DNA of 64,000 bases from a virus. A program made the position numbers and the translations under genes. Below, one piece after another: positions 1 to 9,065 of this stretch (positions are counted from its first letter, which is position 1; the number at the start of each line of letters is the position of its first letter). The notes under the pieces are model-generated. The model had not been told where the DNA came from. It made no database searches and saw only the letters and a program-made list of their open reading frames with translations. The stretch spans positions 7,553 through 71,552 of the IMG/VR virus record IMGVR_UViG_3300032032_000003; one strand, given 5' to 3'.

Positions 1-2
1 AT

Positions 3-215
3 GTTTTCCCGTGTAAACATGTAGCATTAAACGTTGCAACAGCACACGACTCTCCCGAACATAAAACAGATTTATTATATGATTGGGACAAGAATAATAT
101 TAGTAATAATAATTTAGAAACTATATTTACTAATGATTTTTATAAGGGGTACTTTAATAATTTATTAAAATTGAACCCACAAGTATTACATAATGAACAG
201 GAAGGAATATGTTAA
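3..215 (+). CDS. Partial CDS (3' end), possibly the C-terminus of a SPASM/twitch-like radical SAM protein
   Basis: Frame 3 is open from the window edge (VFPCKHVALN...NLETIFTNDFY...EGIC*). The V-x-PC and 'L.TIF...FY' pattern resembles SPASM/twitch tails. It overlaps the next ATG. Confidence 0.45.
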   Translation, partial: VFPCKHVALNVATAHDSPEHKTDLLYDWDKNNISNNNLETIFTNDFYKGYFNNLLKLNPQVLHNEQEGIC

Positions 216-430
216 AAATAAAAAATGGAATTATAATACAAGGTAGATTTGATAATGCAGAAAATGGATTAGTCAAGTTAGTAAGAGAAGCTGCTTTTTC
301 TACTATCATAATACACACAAGCATAAACAGTTACGAAGAAAAATGTCAGGCTATTGTTGATCAACTCGCAGGTGAAGGATTACAATACGCCAAAAAATAT
401 GTTATAGCAAGGTTATCCTATGAGAGTTAA
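209..430 (+). CDS. Hypothetical protein (73 aa)
   Basis: ORF overlapping both neighbours in a coupled operon. Confidence 0.6.
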   Translation: MLKIKNGIIIQGRFDNAENGLVKLVREAAFSTIIIHTSINSYEEKCQAIVDQLAGEGLQYAKKYVIARLSYES

Positions 431-1232
431 TATTGTATGTTCAAAATGGGGTAGTAAATACGGTCCTCATTTTGTAAATAGATTAAAAAATATGGCCAGA
501 AGGCACACAGATCCTAAACACGATTTCCATTTCTACTGTTATACAGATGATGCCAAGGGTTTCGATGATGATATAAAAGTAATTCCTTTTCCAGACATAC
601 CAAACATACACCCTAAGTATTGGTTTCAAAAAGACGACTTTAAATATGGTATGGCTAGATGTTGGGACAGGCCTAAGACAATGGTATTTAATACTCACAA
701 TTTTGCTGAGGATAAACCAACAGGCAGATTTATATTCTTCGATTTAGATGTTATCATACAAAATGACATAGAGCCTTTGATTACTTACAATATGGAAAGG
801 CCAACCAAGCTTAGATCTTGGTGGCAAGATCCTCGCCCAATGAAAACAAGACGATTTAAGTTATCACATGGAGCATACACAAATGGTAGCTGCCAAGTAT
901 GGAGTGACGATCAAGCAGAATGTATATGGCACGATGTATTAGAACATCAGGATAAAATTTGGTTTACATTTACAGACGGAACAGATAACTATCACTCATG
1001 GCGATGGGGTGATTGGGGTAAAAAATTATGGGATCATTTTCCTTCAGACTATGCGTACTCGTATAACCGAGGCCGTAGTTGGGATGATGACGATTTGGAA
1101 ACAAAAATTTATAGGGAAACACCTATCCTTTGTGTCTTTAATATAGATCTACTACCACAACCTACACCTGATAGAGGGAAAGTTAAACAGAATGAGTTAG
1201 TTGATCCAAACTTACTGAAGCATTGGCAATAA
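420..1232 (+). CDS. GT-A fold glycosyltransferase-like protein (phage 'KWG.KY' family)
   Basis: N-terminal CSKWGSKY, FYCYTDD, DxD motif FFDLDVII, NGS motif, YSYN. Confidence 0.75.
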   Translation: MRVNIVCSKWGSKYGPHFVNRLKNMARRHTDPKHDFHFYCYTDDAKGFDDDIKVIPFPDIPNIHPKYWFQKDDFKYGMARCWDRPKTMVFNTHNFAEDKPTGRFIFFDLDVIIQNDIEPLITYNMERPTKLRSWWQDPRPMKTRRFKLSHGAYTNGSCQVWSDDQAECIWHDVLEHQDKIWFTFTDGTDNYHSWRWGDWGKKLWDHFPSDYAYSYNRGRSWDDDDLETKIYRETPILCVFNIDLLPQPTPDRGKVKQNELVDPNLLKHWQ

Positions 1233-1236
1233 ATAT

Positions 1237-1926
1237 ATGCACATAGAACATTTAAATATCTATACTGTTAAATGGGGAACGAAATATTCTTCACACCACG
1301 TTAATAAAATATTAGAGTCGTGTAAAGAACATTTAAGTTTTGACTTTACCTTCCATTGTTTAACAGAAAATCCTAAAGGACTGGATAAAGAAGTCAATGT
1401 TATACCACTACCAAAAGATAACAAAATGGAAAAGTGGTGGAACAAGATGTACTTGTTTGATGATAATGTTGTAAGGAAGAAAGGAGATAATTTATTCTTT
1501 GATTTAGATATAATTATCCAAAAGAATATAGATGATATTGTAAACTTTGATCCTGAAGATTGTTTGTGCTTTGGCCAAACACATTGGCACGATTTAGAAA
1601 CAATGAAGGAAGAAACAGAACACGTTCCACATAGATTTACAGAGCTTAATTCTAGTATATTAAGATGGAACGATAACTTAGATAAAGAGAACATAACTCT
1701 TTATTTTAAAACACACTTAGATAAAATCTTATGGTACTACAGGGGAATAGATAATTTCTTTAGCCACAAAGGCGTGGCGAGAATTAAATACTTTCCTATA
1801 GGATGGTTTTACAGTTACAATCATGGGTACATATTTCCTCATGATGTAGAAACACAAGTCTACAGACAAATACCATACGTCTGTTTATTTGACTCAATGG
1901 GAAGAAAAGAAGATGTTAAATTTTAA
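1237..1926 (+). CDS. GT-A fold glycosyltransferase-like protein, paralog of 420..1232
   Basis: VKWGTKY, FHCLTEN, WWNKMYLF, FFDLDIII, NSSILRW, YSYN. Confidence 0.75.
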   Translation: MHIEHLNIYTVKWGTKYSSHHVNKILESCKEHLSFDFTFHCLTENPKGLDKEVNVIPLPKDNKMEKWWNKMYLFDDNVVRKKGDNLFFDLDIIIQKNIDDIVNFDPEDCLCFGQTHWHDLETMKEETEHVPHRFTELNSSILRWNDNLDKENITLYFKTHLDKILWYYRGIDNFFSHKGVARIKYFPIGWFYSYNHGYIFPHDVETQVYRQIPYVCLFDSMGRKEDVKF

Positions 1927-2581
1927 TTTTTTAAACAGCATGCAATATTGGGGAGAGGGTTTAGCCAAAGTCGAGCACGAGATGAAACACAAGCACGACG
2001 ACTTTAGGCAAGCTCTTAATCCTAACACTATGGAAGGAGCTATTTGGTTAGTTGAAGAACTAAAGAACAGTTTGGATAACTACTTAAAAGACGAGCAATT
2101 TAATATTCTTGTATTAAACAGCTGGTTAGGCGTCCCTTTAGTGCCGCTACTATGTGAGAACTTGTCCGTGGGAGAATTGCACCTAGTTGACATAGATAAC
2201 GAAGCTTTAGAGCTCTCTAAGGTGTTTAATAAGCATTATATTACAGAAGAATACATCAAAATAAATCACTGGAACTTAGACATTCCGTTCGCTTTTGATG
2301 AGTTAAATCAACTGAAAGTAGATATAGTAATTACTATGGGTGCCGAACAGATGTATCCATTAAACGATCTAAGGACTGCAAACAAACATGCAATATTTGC
2401 TTGTCAATCTTCTAACGTTATAGAAGAGATGTATGGAATTAATTGTGTGGATAGTGAGAAAAAATTGATTGAAAATGTAGGCCTAAAAGATACGACCTAC
2501 ACGGGTAAAGTCAAACAATTTTATTATGATTGGAATGGAAAGGTTTATTTCGATAGGTTTATGGCTATAGGTACTAAGTAA
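1913..2581 (+). CDS. Class I SAM-dependent methyltransferase-like protein
   Basis: Rossmann-like ILVLNSWLG...HLVDID, then DIVITMGAEQM. It shares the C-terminal RFM.IG.K with 58198..58782. Start moved to ATG 1913 (MLNFNF). Confidence 0.6.
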   Translation: MLNFNFLNSMQYWGEGLAKVEHEMKHKHDDFRQALNPNTMEGAIWLVEELKNSLDNYLKDEQFNILVLNSWLGVPLVPLLCENLSVGELHLVDIDNEALELSKVFNKHYITEEYIKINHWNLDIPFAFDELNQLKVDIVITMGAEQMYPLNDLRTANKHAIFACQSSNVIEEMYGINCVDSEKKLIENVGLKDTTYTGKVKQFYYDWNGKVYFDRFMAIGTK

Positions 2582-2972
2582 GGTGCCTTTGTTTATAATC
2601 ACCTTCCTGTTGACCTTTGTACTTATGACAAAGTACGCATAGCTCTTGTACATTCTCTAAAACGTTATTCTTATGATCACCATCTTTGTGATCTATTTCT
2701 GTGCTCCCTTTCATATCAGCTGGCATTAGATCCCAATTAGTAAAACAATCCCAGCCTAAGTGTCCATCTATATTCTTACATTTACCGGTAATAAAAGGAG
2801 TTACTCCTTCAGCAAGTTTTCCTCCTCCATAGCTAGCTGTTTGGCAAGTGCCACATACAGCTCTCCATCTCGGATTTTTATCTGTTACCTTTCCAGTTGA
2901 TGGTATCACTGGCTTATCACAACCGTGATTAATACAGATAGGTCTACCCTTAACTGCTATTGTTTTACACAT
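2574..2972 (-). CDS. HNH endonuclease with N-terminal Cys-rich (Zn) region
   Basis: EIDHKDGDHKNNVLENVQELCVLCH is a canonical HNH motif; N-terminal CxxxxC and CxxC. Confidence 0.85.
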   Translation of the reverse strand: MCKTIAVKGRPICINHGCDKPVIPSTGKVTDKNPRWRAVCGTCQTASYGGGKLAEGVTPFITGKCKNIDGHLGWDCFTNWDLMPADMKGSTEIDHKDGDHKNNVLENVQELCVLCHKYKGQQEGDYKQRHLT

Positions 2973-2974
2973 AA

Positions 2975-3211
2975 CTATGGACTCACGTGTTGATGTATTA
3001 CATCAACGTAATCAATCATTTCTCTAGCTTTGTCAGCCACATCATAATGATCTAGATAACTAGGAGTTACCTCACTAGCTTTATCCATCACCATTTGATC
3101 AATGATTATATCATTAAATTCGTCACCATCAGATAAATTATTATTAAATCTAATGTCCTCATTAATTTCCTCAGCAATTTCTTGTGCTAAGCCTTCATAG
3201 GTTTTTCTCAT
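2975..3211 (-). CDS. Hypothetical acidic protein
   Basis: 78-aa ORF in a compact minus-strand cassette. Confidence 0.6.
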   Translation of the reverse strand: MRKTYEGLAQEIAEEINEDIRFNNNLSDGDEFNDIIIDQMVMDKASEVTPSYLDHYDVADKAREMIDYVDVIHQHVSP

Positions 3212-3212
3212 A

Positions 3213-3707
3213 TTAAAAGTCTCCTTCTGCTACTTGTAATGTTTTTAATCCTAAAGCTCTCCATGCCTCTACAGTTTGATCTCTGTCATCTAAAACAAAT
3301 TCAACGTCCCATTTGCCTTCAATTTCATTTTGAAATATTTCTGTTTTAACTATTGAATCCTTTCTGTTATCTTTATTTGCTCTCATAAACAAAGCATCAA
3401 ATTCAAAATTGTTATCAACCATGAACTGTATTGTTCCTTCTCTTGCTTCTTCTGTCCTAGCTGAAACTACAATAACATCGTAGCCTTCCCTTCCATAAGT
3501 TTGAGCAATACCTCCAATGATTGGATCGTATTCATCTTCTATTACTCTAGTCATATCGTAAGGATCTCTAGGTGTAACACCGGCTCTCCAACCAGGTTCC
3601 CTGTGTGCAATCGTTCCGTCTACATCAACGATGATTGCTTTTCTAAGGAAAAGTTCTTGTTGCATTAAGTCTTCTACTAATTTGTTTGCTAATTCTCTAA
3701 CTGGCAT
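3213..3707 (-). CDS. HAD-family phosphatase (stand-alone 3'-phosphatase domain of T4 PseT/polynucleotide kinase)
   Basis: IIVDVDGTIA motif I, VVSAR motif II, MRANKDNRKDSIVK, VLDDRDQTV...QVAEGDF terminus. Start placed at MPVREL, overlapping the upstream gene. Confidence 0.85.
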   Translation of the reverse strand: MPVRELANKLVEDLMQQELFLRKAIIVDVDGTIAHREPGWRAGVTPRDPYDMTRVIEDEYDPIIGGIAQTYGREGYDVIVVSARTEEAREGTIQFMVDNNFEFDALFMRANKDNRKDSIVKTEIFQNEIEGKWDVEFVLDDRDQTVEAWRALGLKTLQVAEGDF

Positions 3708-4020
3708 GATATCTACCTTCTTCTCTGTTATAAACAAGATTTAACTTGTCTGCTTCTTTGTGTGTAATCCAACCAAAGCCTTTTACATTTTTTAGGTCTT
3801 CGACTGAAACTTTATATCTGTTACCACTTACATCTTCAACAAAAATTGTCTTTGTTAGTGGTCCTACAGCGTAATTTGATTCTGAATAACTAACCTTACT
3901 CACTTCTTTAATTAAAGGATTGATTGGTGTTTGAAAGAAGTGGTGGTCAAGCATTGGCTTTTTAATCAAGCCTTTGAATAGTTGTTCTATTTCTCTTATT
4001 ATATAATCGTTAAACTTCAT
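3697..4020 (-). CDS. Hypothetical protein
   Basis: 107-aa ORF abutting the upstream stop. Confidence 0.65.
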   Translation of the reverse strand: MKFNDYIIREIEQLFKGLIKKPMLDHHFFQTPINPLIKEVSKVSYSESNYAVGPLTKTIFVEDVSGNRYKVSVEDLKNVKGFGWITHKEADKLNLVYNREEGRYHAS

Positions 4021-4437
4021 TTATGCTACCTTTGCTATCTTTGCTAATCTTTCTGCCCTGTGATCTAAGGCACCTTCACCTAAGTAAATGTTACCGTCGT
4101 CTGCTCTGTAAAGAGTTTTAAGACTTGCGCTTGAGTCTTTTTGTTTTTGTATTGCTGAGAATTCAGCTTGTTCAAAAGTAATGGCACCAATCTGTACAAA
4201 GTCTAAAAGCATATCTGAGAATGGAACCGCTCCGTTTGATTTCCAAACTGTAAGTCCGTCTACTTGTGCTGTATTAGCAAAGTTTTCTTCAACACTTCTA
4301 CTAGCATTAGGAGTTTTCTCGCTAGTGTAAAGCACATAGCCTGTAAAAGTCTTGTTCACATCGTGTACCGATGCCATTCCGAAACGTTCTTTTCTTACTG
4401 TTTCGCCTGCTATTTCTACTGTATCTTGTGATATCAT
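4021..4437 (-). CDS. Hypothetical early protein
   Basis: First ORF behind the sigma70-like promoter; GAGGA RBS upstream. Confidence 0.7.
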   Translation of the reverse strand: MISQDTVEIAGETVRKERFGMASVHDVNKTFTGYVLYTSEKTPNASRSVEENFANTAQVDGLTVWKSNGAVPFSDMLLDFVQIGAITFEQAEFSAIQKQKDSSASLKTLYRADDGNIYLGEGALDHRAERLAKIAKVA

Positions 4438-4443
4438 ATTAAA

Positions 4444-4532
4444 GTCCTCACTTTTTTATTTAATATACATACTATTATGCACTATCACGGACCATAAGTC
4501 AAGCGATTTTTCAAAAGAGTGATCACTCTTTT
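4444..4532 (-). promoter_or_regulatory. Sigma70-like early promoter cassette, copy 1, with upstream palindrome
   Basis: TTGACT-17 nt-CATAAT, then an AT-rich leader and GTGAGGAC RBS. Perfect 20-bp palindrome AAAAGAGTGATCACTCTTTT at 4513-4532. Near-identical copy at 45447-45534. Confidence 0.85.
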
Positions 4533-4548
4533 TGCTAAAATCAAGGAC

Positions 4549-5202
4549 TTAGGAGAGGTGATCGGCGGATTCGCCAGATATATCGGAAACCATGTCCTGC
4601 CAGAGGCCCAAATGGGGTATAACATACCCTAATGTGAGTCTAGGTTCACTGGTTCCTGCGCAATGATAGTAAACTTTATCGGGTTCTCTACCTCTGCCAT
4701 AGTATCCTACCTTACAAGACCAGCCAGCTGGGTCTTGGAGGCGGATAATTTCATGGGTTTTTGGATCTCTGTACTTAAAAAACCCTCTGCCATTTGGAGA
4801 ATAAGATAATAATATGTTGTAACCATGTGCGTTCCAATTATTGTGCCAACCCATGTAACCCTGCTTAGGATAAAATACATGTACTGCCTGGTTTCTAGCA
4901 CCCAAAAAATTACACAGCTCTGTAGAGAATGGTTTATATATAATATCAATATCTTCTGGATGATCACCTGCTTGTAAATCATAACTATAAGAAATTTCTG
5001 GATAGCCTTCATGCTCTCCATCTTTAGCTACAACCTTATCTAAATACTCACTAGATGTGCCCCAGCCCATTTGACTAATGGGATCGTTTTTTGGATTCTT
5101 TTTTGCCAAGTCTTCTAAGATTGATAAGTCTTGTTGGAAAAACCACTCTGAATATGGCTCCAATATTTCTAATAGCTCTTCTGATATGTTTATAAATCTC
5201 AT
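4549..5202 (-). CDS. Putative double-stranded beta-helix (2OG-Fe(II)/cupin-like) oxygenase
   Basis: GYMGWHNN...YHC...RLTLGY spacing of His/His/Arg resembles DSBH oxygenases. Confidence 0.5.
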   Translation of the reverse strand: MRFINISEELLEILEPYSEWFFQQDLSILEDLAKKNPKNDPISQMGWGTSSEYLDKVVAKDGEHEGYPEISYSYDLQAGDHPEDIDIIYKPFSTELCNFLGARNQAVHVFYPKQGYMGWHNNWNAHGYNILLSYSPNGRGFFKYRDPKTHEIIRLQDPAGWSCKVGYYGRGREPDKVYYHCAGTSEPRLTLGYVIPHLGLWQDMVSDISGESADHLS

Positions 5203-6386
5203 TTGTATTTTAAATATATCTCATGTTCTGGAATGGTGTAGTGATATAAAACTATCTCCTCATCTTCTAATTCATCTGGATTGTGTCCGTTTACAAAATT
5301 CCATTTGACGTGTAAGTCTTCTTCCCACTTTACACCGTGATCACTATACGTTAATAAATTCCACATAGTAAAAGTGTCCCACTTCCTAGCGTCCCTAGGA
5401 TAATCTCCTATGTCGTTATTTTCATCTTGTTGCCACAAGTAATGTCCATACCAAGAGTCCATTAGTTGAAGTGTTTGAGGATTGTTTCTGTATATAAACA
5501 TTCCACAATGGGCTGTCATTTCTTCTGTGTTAGATAGCTTAGTTAATTTTGCGTTGTATGGTCTTATTTTTGTGAACAACAAATCTAAATCATCTGGTAG
5601 TTGATCAAATACATTTTCTATATCTTCATGCTGACATATCATATCACAATCTAAATAACATGTCTTTCCTCTATATGGTGTACAAGATAAAGCCCAAAGT
5701 TTAGCTCTAATATGATTAGGTACTCCCCAAGACTCTATCCAATCTGCATGTTCATAATGTTCTTCTTTTATCCATTCTTTATGTGATACGAAAATAGTTA
5801 TATGTGCCTCTGGCCAGAAGAGTTTAATAGACTCTGCAAGATCTATACCTGCTTGATAAAATCTTTCATGGCATGATGCAACAATAACAAATCCATTATC
5901 TGGAAAATTGTCTGTGCCAACAATCTTCATAGCTGGACGGAGCCATAAATTCTTAAGTTCGTCTACCACGTAAACCTTTTTAACATCAGGTCTACCTTCA
6001 AACTCTAATGGTAAAGAGAATAAATGATTATTATATAAGAATAAGTCGCCTACTTTTAATTCGCTTGCATACTCCAAATTAGAATCTGTCATGTTTCTAT
6101 CTTCATATAACAAGACATCTTCTACAATTAACTTTGTATTTTCTAAATCAAATTCTGTGCCTTCGTCCTGATCTTTTAATAATATATAAACTTTATTATC
6201 TATCCAAACGTGTTGGCCTTTTAAATGTGATAAGTTGTCGTACCATATATCAACATGGACTCCTTCGAATTCTTGTACAGGTGTACCGGGTGTGGTGTGT
6301 AAAGAGTCTAATCTTGCCTTAAACTCTTTATCTTTAAATGTTTGCTCTTGGCCAAACTGGCCAAATACTGCTTTATCCTTCGTCAT
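5199..6386 (-). CDS. GT-A (GT8-like) glycosyltransferase with an extra N-terminal duplicated domain
   Basis: GFVIVAS, RAKLWAL..TPY, YLDCDM (DxD), HCGMFIY, WDTFT, WNF, HYT. Residues ~38-125 duplicate the C-terminus of 6373..7275. Confidence 0.75.
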   Translation of the reverse strand: MTKDKAVFGQFGQEQTFKDKEFKARLDSLHTTPGTPVQEFEGVHVDIWYDNLSHLKGQHVWIDNKVYILLKDQDEGTEFDLENTKLIVEDVLLYEDRNMTDSNLEYASELKVGDLFLYNNHLFSLPLEFEGRPDVKKVYVVDELKNLWLRPAMKIVGTDNFPDNGFVIVASCHERFYQAGIDLAESIKLFWPEAHITIFVSHKEWIKEEHYEHADWIESWGVPNHIRAKLWALSCTPYRGKTCYLDCDMICQHEDIENVFDQLPDDLDLLFTKIRPYNAKLTKLSNTEEMTAHCGMFIYRNNPQTLQLMDSWYGHYLWQQDENNDIGDYPRDARKWDTFTMWNLLTYSDHGVKWEEDLHVKWNFVNGHNPDELEDEEIVLYHYTIPEHEIYLKYK

Positions 6387-7275
6387 CGTCTTCGTGTAAA
6401 GACAATATCTGATTATCGTAAAGGAATAAGTCGCCGACTTTTAATTCTTTTGCGTATTTTAAATTGGCGTCTGTCATATTTTTATCTCTATATAATAGTA
6501 CATTTTCAACGATAGCTTTCACATTTGACTTTTTAAATTCTGTGTTTTTCTTTTGGTCTTTTTTAACTTTATAAACTGTGTCATCCTTCCAAACATGTTG
6601 TCCTGCTAGATGTTCTAAATCATCATACCATATGTCAACATGTACTCCTTCGAATTCTTGGTATAAAGATCTTAGTTTTTGTTTTGCTCTTAAACCTTCA
6701 AAGAGTTCTTCAATACTTTTATCTAATAACATTTCATCTAGATCAGTAGGTTTATAAATTGGTAGTTGTCCGGAGCGCACTAATTCTTCTTTTAATAGTA
6801 TAGATGTTAATGTATGTACCTCTAACGGAGACTTAGCTTTCCGAATCAACTTTTTCATTATGTTGTTTTTAGAGTCTTTAATTAAAGGAATTTCATAAGC
6901 TTCAAGCTTGGCTCCAAATAACATCTCTTGTTTACGTCTAACCGCTTCAGACTCTTTACGTTGTAAACGTCTTTTTATATGATCGTCTCTTCTTTGTACT
7001 CCTGCTGCTGTATTTTCATCAATAGCTTCTTCACCAAACTCTTCCATTACGGCTTTATAGTCTGGATTGTTTCCATCATTATCCATAATGGATGCTGTTG
7101 CTTTTTTACCGTTAGGATATACTAAGGTAACGATTAGATGTTTGGCCTCTTTGTGAGACCAATAAGGATCTTCGAATTTGTATTGTCGTTCTTGTTTTGG
7201 TTCTTTGTCAGCCGGTAAAACTTTAAACTTAGATTTGATGTTGCGTTTTACCTTCTTAGGCTTAGGCTTTGCCAT
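6373..7275 (-). CDS. Hypothetical late protein; C-terminal 88-aa domain duplicated in the next gene
   Basis: 300-aa ORF with GGAG RBS; late promoter at 7301-7308. Confidence 0.75.
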   Translation of the reverse strand: MAKPKPKKVKRNIKSKFKVLPADKEPKQERQYKFEDPYWSHKEAKHLIVTLVYPNGKKATASIMDNDGNNPDYKAVMEEFGEEAIDENTAAGVQRRDDHIKRRLQRKESEAVRRKQEMLFGAKLEAYEIPLIKDSKNNIMKKLIRKAKSPLEVHTLTSILLKEELVRSGQLPIYKPTDLDEMLLDKSIEELFEGLRAKQKLRSLYQEFEGVHVDIWYDDLEHLAGQHVWKDDTVYKVKKDQKKNTEFKKSNVKAIVENVLLYRDKNMTDANLKYAKELKVGDLFLYDNQILSLHEDDDEG

Positions 7276-7300
7276 AATAATATCTCCATAATATAAAAGT

Positions 7301-7308
7301 TATTTATA
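7301..7308 (-). promoter_or_regulatory. T4-type late promoter
   Basis: TATAAATA on the minus strand. Confidence 0.7.
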
Positions 7309-8538
7309 CTAAGCTGTTCTCAACCATAACTTATATGTTGCTACGTTTTCTTCTGTTGCTTTTATTGTATCACCTGCATAATACCCTGTGTATGTTCCAG
7401 AATATGTTCCTGCGTATGCTGAGGTTCCTGTATAATAACCTGTGTAAGATCCTGAATAGGCTCCTGAGTATGTTCCGGAGTAGTCTTTAGCTCCTGTGTA
7501 ATAGCCTGTGTAGGATCCTGTGTAATAACCTGTGTATGTTGTACCAGCATAACCTGAGTAGTCTGCTGTGTAGTTGCCTGTATAAGCTCCTGAGTAAGCG
7601 CCTGCGTATGCTGAGGTTCCTGTGTATGTTCCTGTGTAGTTGCCTGTATAACTACCTGAATAGGCTCCTGAGTAAGCTTTGGCTCCTGTGTAGTTGCCTG
7701 CATAATTACCTGAGTAGGCTCCTGTATAGCTTGTTGATTCTAAAACGTGTCTTGTATCTGTAAATGTTTCACCTTGTGCGGCCCATGTTCCTGTTTCACT
7801 TGGGGCGCCTGATTGTATTTTGTATGTACCAACACCTTGTGTTGTTCCAAAGTTTTCAACAATTCTATTTCTAAAATTGGGTACTATTTGTTCCATCTCA
7901 GCTACTGACATTTCTTTAATGCTCGTGCCGTCTACCTTACAAGGTTTGTAATTGTCTACCGCTGCTGTTGTAGCTGTGGTTTTTTGCCAAATATATTTAG
8001 TAGCTTCTGTTTCATCTACTTGAGTATCTGTTATTGTATATCTGGATGTCCAAGTTCCACCAGCCGGTGCTGATGCTGATAAACTATAATGTCCTGTAAC
8101 ATAATTGCCTTGTGCAACCATGTCTGCTATAACTTTATCTAATATATCTGAATCTAATTCTGAATCTGTAAATTCATTTATACCAACGTTACCACTTGTT
8201 TCATATCCTACCGGCCTGTTAGAAATACTTTCTGACGCTGCTCCTGTAACCTGTTTGCCTGTGTAAGTAACTGTGGTTAATGCTCCTGTTGCTGGATGTG
8301 TTCCTATTGCCTCTTGTCGTTTTTGATCTGAGATTGTTCCAATAGTTGTTCCTGCTCCTGATGCGTCTGTTGTAATGTTTAATTCTGCTGTTCCGGTGCC
8401 ATCAGTATTATCTGAGAAATCTTTTGTTATTATTGCTGAATAATATTGTTCTATCTCAGTATCAGTCATTTCTTGTAACCCTTGGAAGTTACTTGAACTA
8501 ACTGGATATGCTGATGCTTTAATTTTTAGTGGTCTCAT
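7309..8538 (-). CDS. Putative virion (tail/fibre-associated) protein with a Tyr-Ser/Thr/Ala-Gly repeat tract
   Basis: Last gene of the structural run. Three related internal modules (RP...QE(M/F)TD.E) plus about 27 Y-[STA]-G units at 7372-7728. Confidence 0.7.
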   Translation of the reverse strand: MRPLKIKASAYPVSSSNFQGLQEMTDTEIEQYYSAIITKDFSDNTDGTGTAELNITTDASGAGTTIGTISDQKRQEAIGTHPATGALTTVTYTGKQVTGAASESISNRPVGYETSGNVGINEFTDSELDSDILDKVIADMVAQGNYVTGHYSLSASAPAGGTWTSRYTITDTQVDETEATKYIWQKTTATTAAVDNYKPCKVDGTSIKEMSVAEMEQIVPNFRNRIVENFGTTQGVGTYKIQSGAPSETGTWAAQGETFTDTRHVLESTSYTGAYSGNYAGNYTGAKAYSGAYSGSYTGNYTGTYTGTSAYAGAYSGAYTGNYTADYSGYAGTTYTGYYTGSYTGYYTGAKDYSGTYSGAYSGSYTGYYTGTSAYAGTYSGTYTGYYAGDTIKATEENVATYKLWLRTA

Positions 8539-8539
8539 C

Positions 8540-9055
8540 TTAGTTTACCCTAGTTCCTGATGAATTATATATAATTACAGGACTCATCCTGTTCCACTTG
8601 GTTGCTGATACTCCTACCAAAGTTAAGCTATGTCCTGCACCCAGACTAACAGCTGCATTAGCTGATTCTGCGTCTATACTTTCGCCTGATGTTGGGTAGA
8701 TCTTAATATTGACTGCTGTGTCATTCAGTATGAATGTCTCCAATCCTACTGCAGTGTCAGGAAGTTTAATTCCTTGGTCTGCTGTCGCGGTTCCTACTAC
8801 GTTGTATGTCTTTGTTAGGGCTGTTGCTGCACCCTGTGTTGAGCCTGCTGCTGTAATACTAGCAGATGTGCTTAGTATTGACCCACCACCTACGGTTAAA
8901 GTTGAGCTAGCTGCAATAGTAGAACCCGAGATTGTACCGGCGGTAATGTTATCGCCTGATTGATACTTGTCAGTATTAAGATTCGTAAAGTTAGCGTCTA
9001 CTTCTGTATTAGTAAGTGGACTACCTTTAACTGATCTTAATGTTATTGTACTCAT
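8540..9055 (-). CDS. Putative tail fibre/virion structural protein
   Basis: N-terminal ITLRSVKGSPLTNTEVDANFTNLN, a common fibre-anchor motif; Thr/Ala/Ser-rich. Confidence 0.65.
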   Translation of the reverse strand: MSTITLRSVKGSPLTNTEVDANFTNLNTDKYQSGDNITAGTISGSTIAASSTLTVGGGSILSTSASITAAGSTQGAATALTKTYNVVGTATADQGIKLPDTAVGLETFILNDTAVNIKIYPTSGESIDAESANAAVSLGAGHSLTLVGVSATKWNRMSPVIIYNSSGTRVN

Positions 9056-9065
9056 TTATCCCTGC

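Noticed and set aside
2574-2972. HNH inside a self-splicing intron
   Set aside because: Flanking genes look intact and there is no non-coding space for an intron core; treated as free-standing
6012-6660. Diversity-generating retroelement TR/VR pair
   Set aside because: Mismatches are not adenine-specific (many synonymous C/T), both copies are coding, and there is no reverse transcriptase in the window
7362-7703. 113-aa QEP/TQ-repeat ORF in an alternative frame
   Set aside because: Frame-shifted reading of the Tyr-Gly repeat
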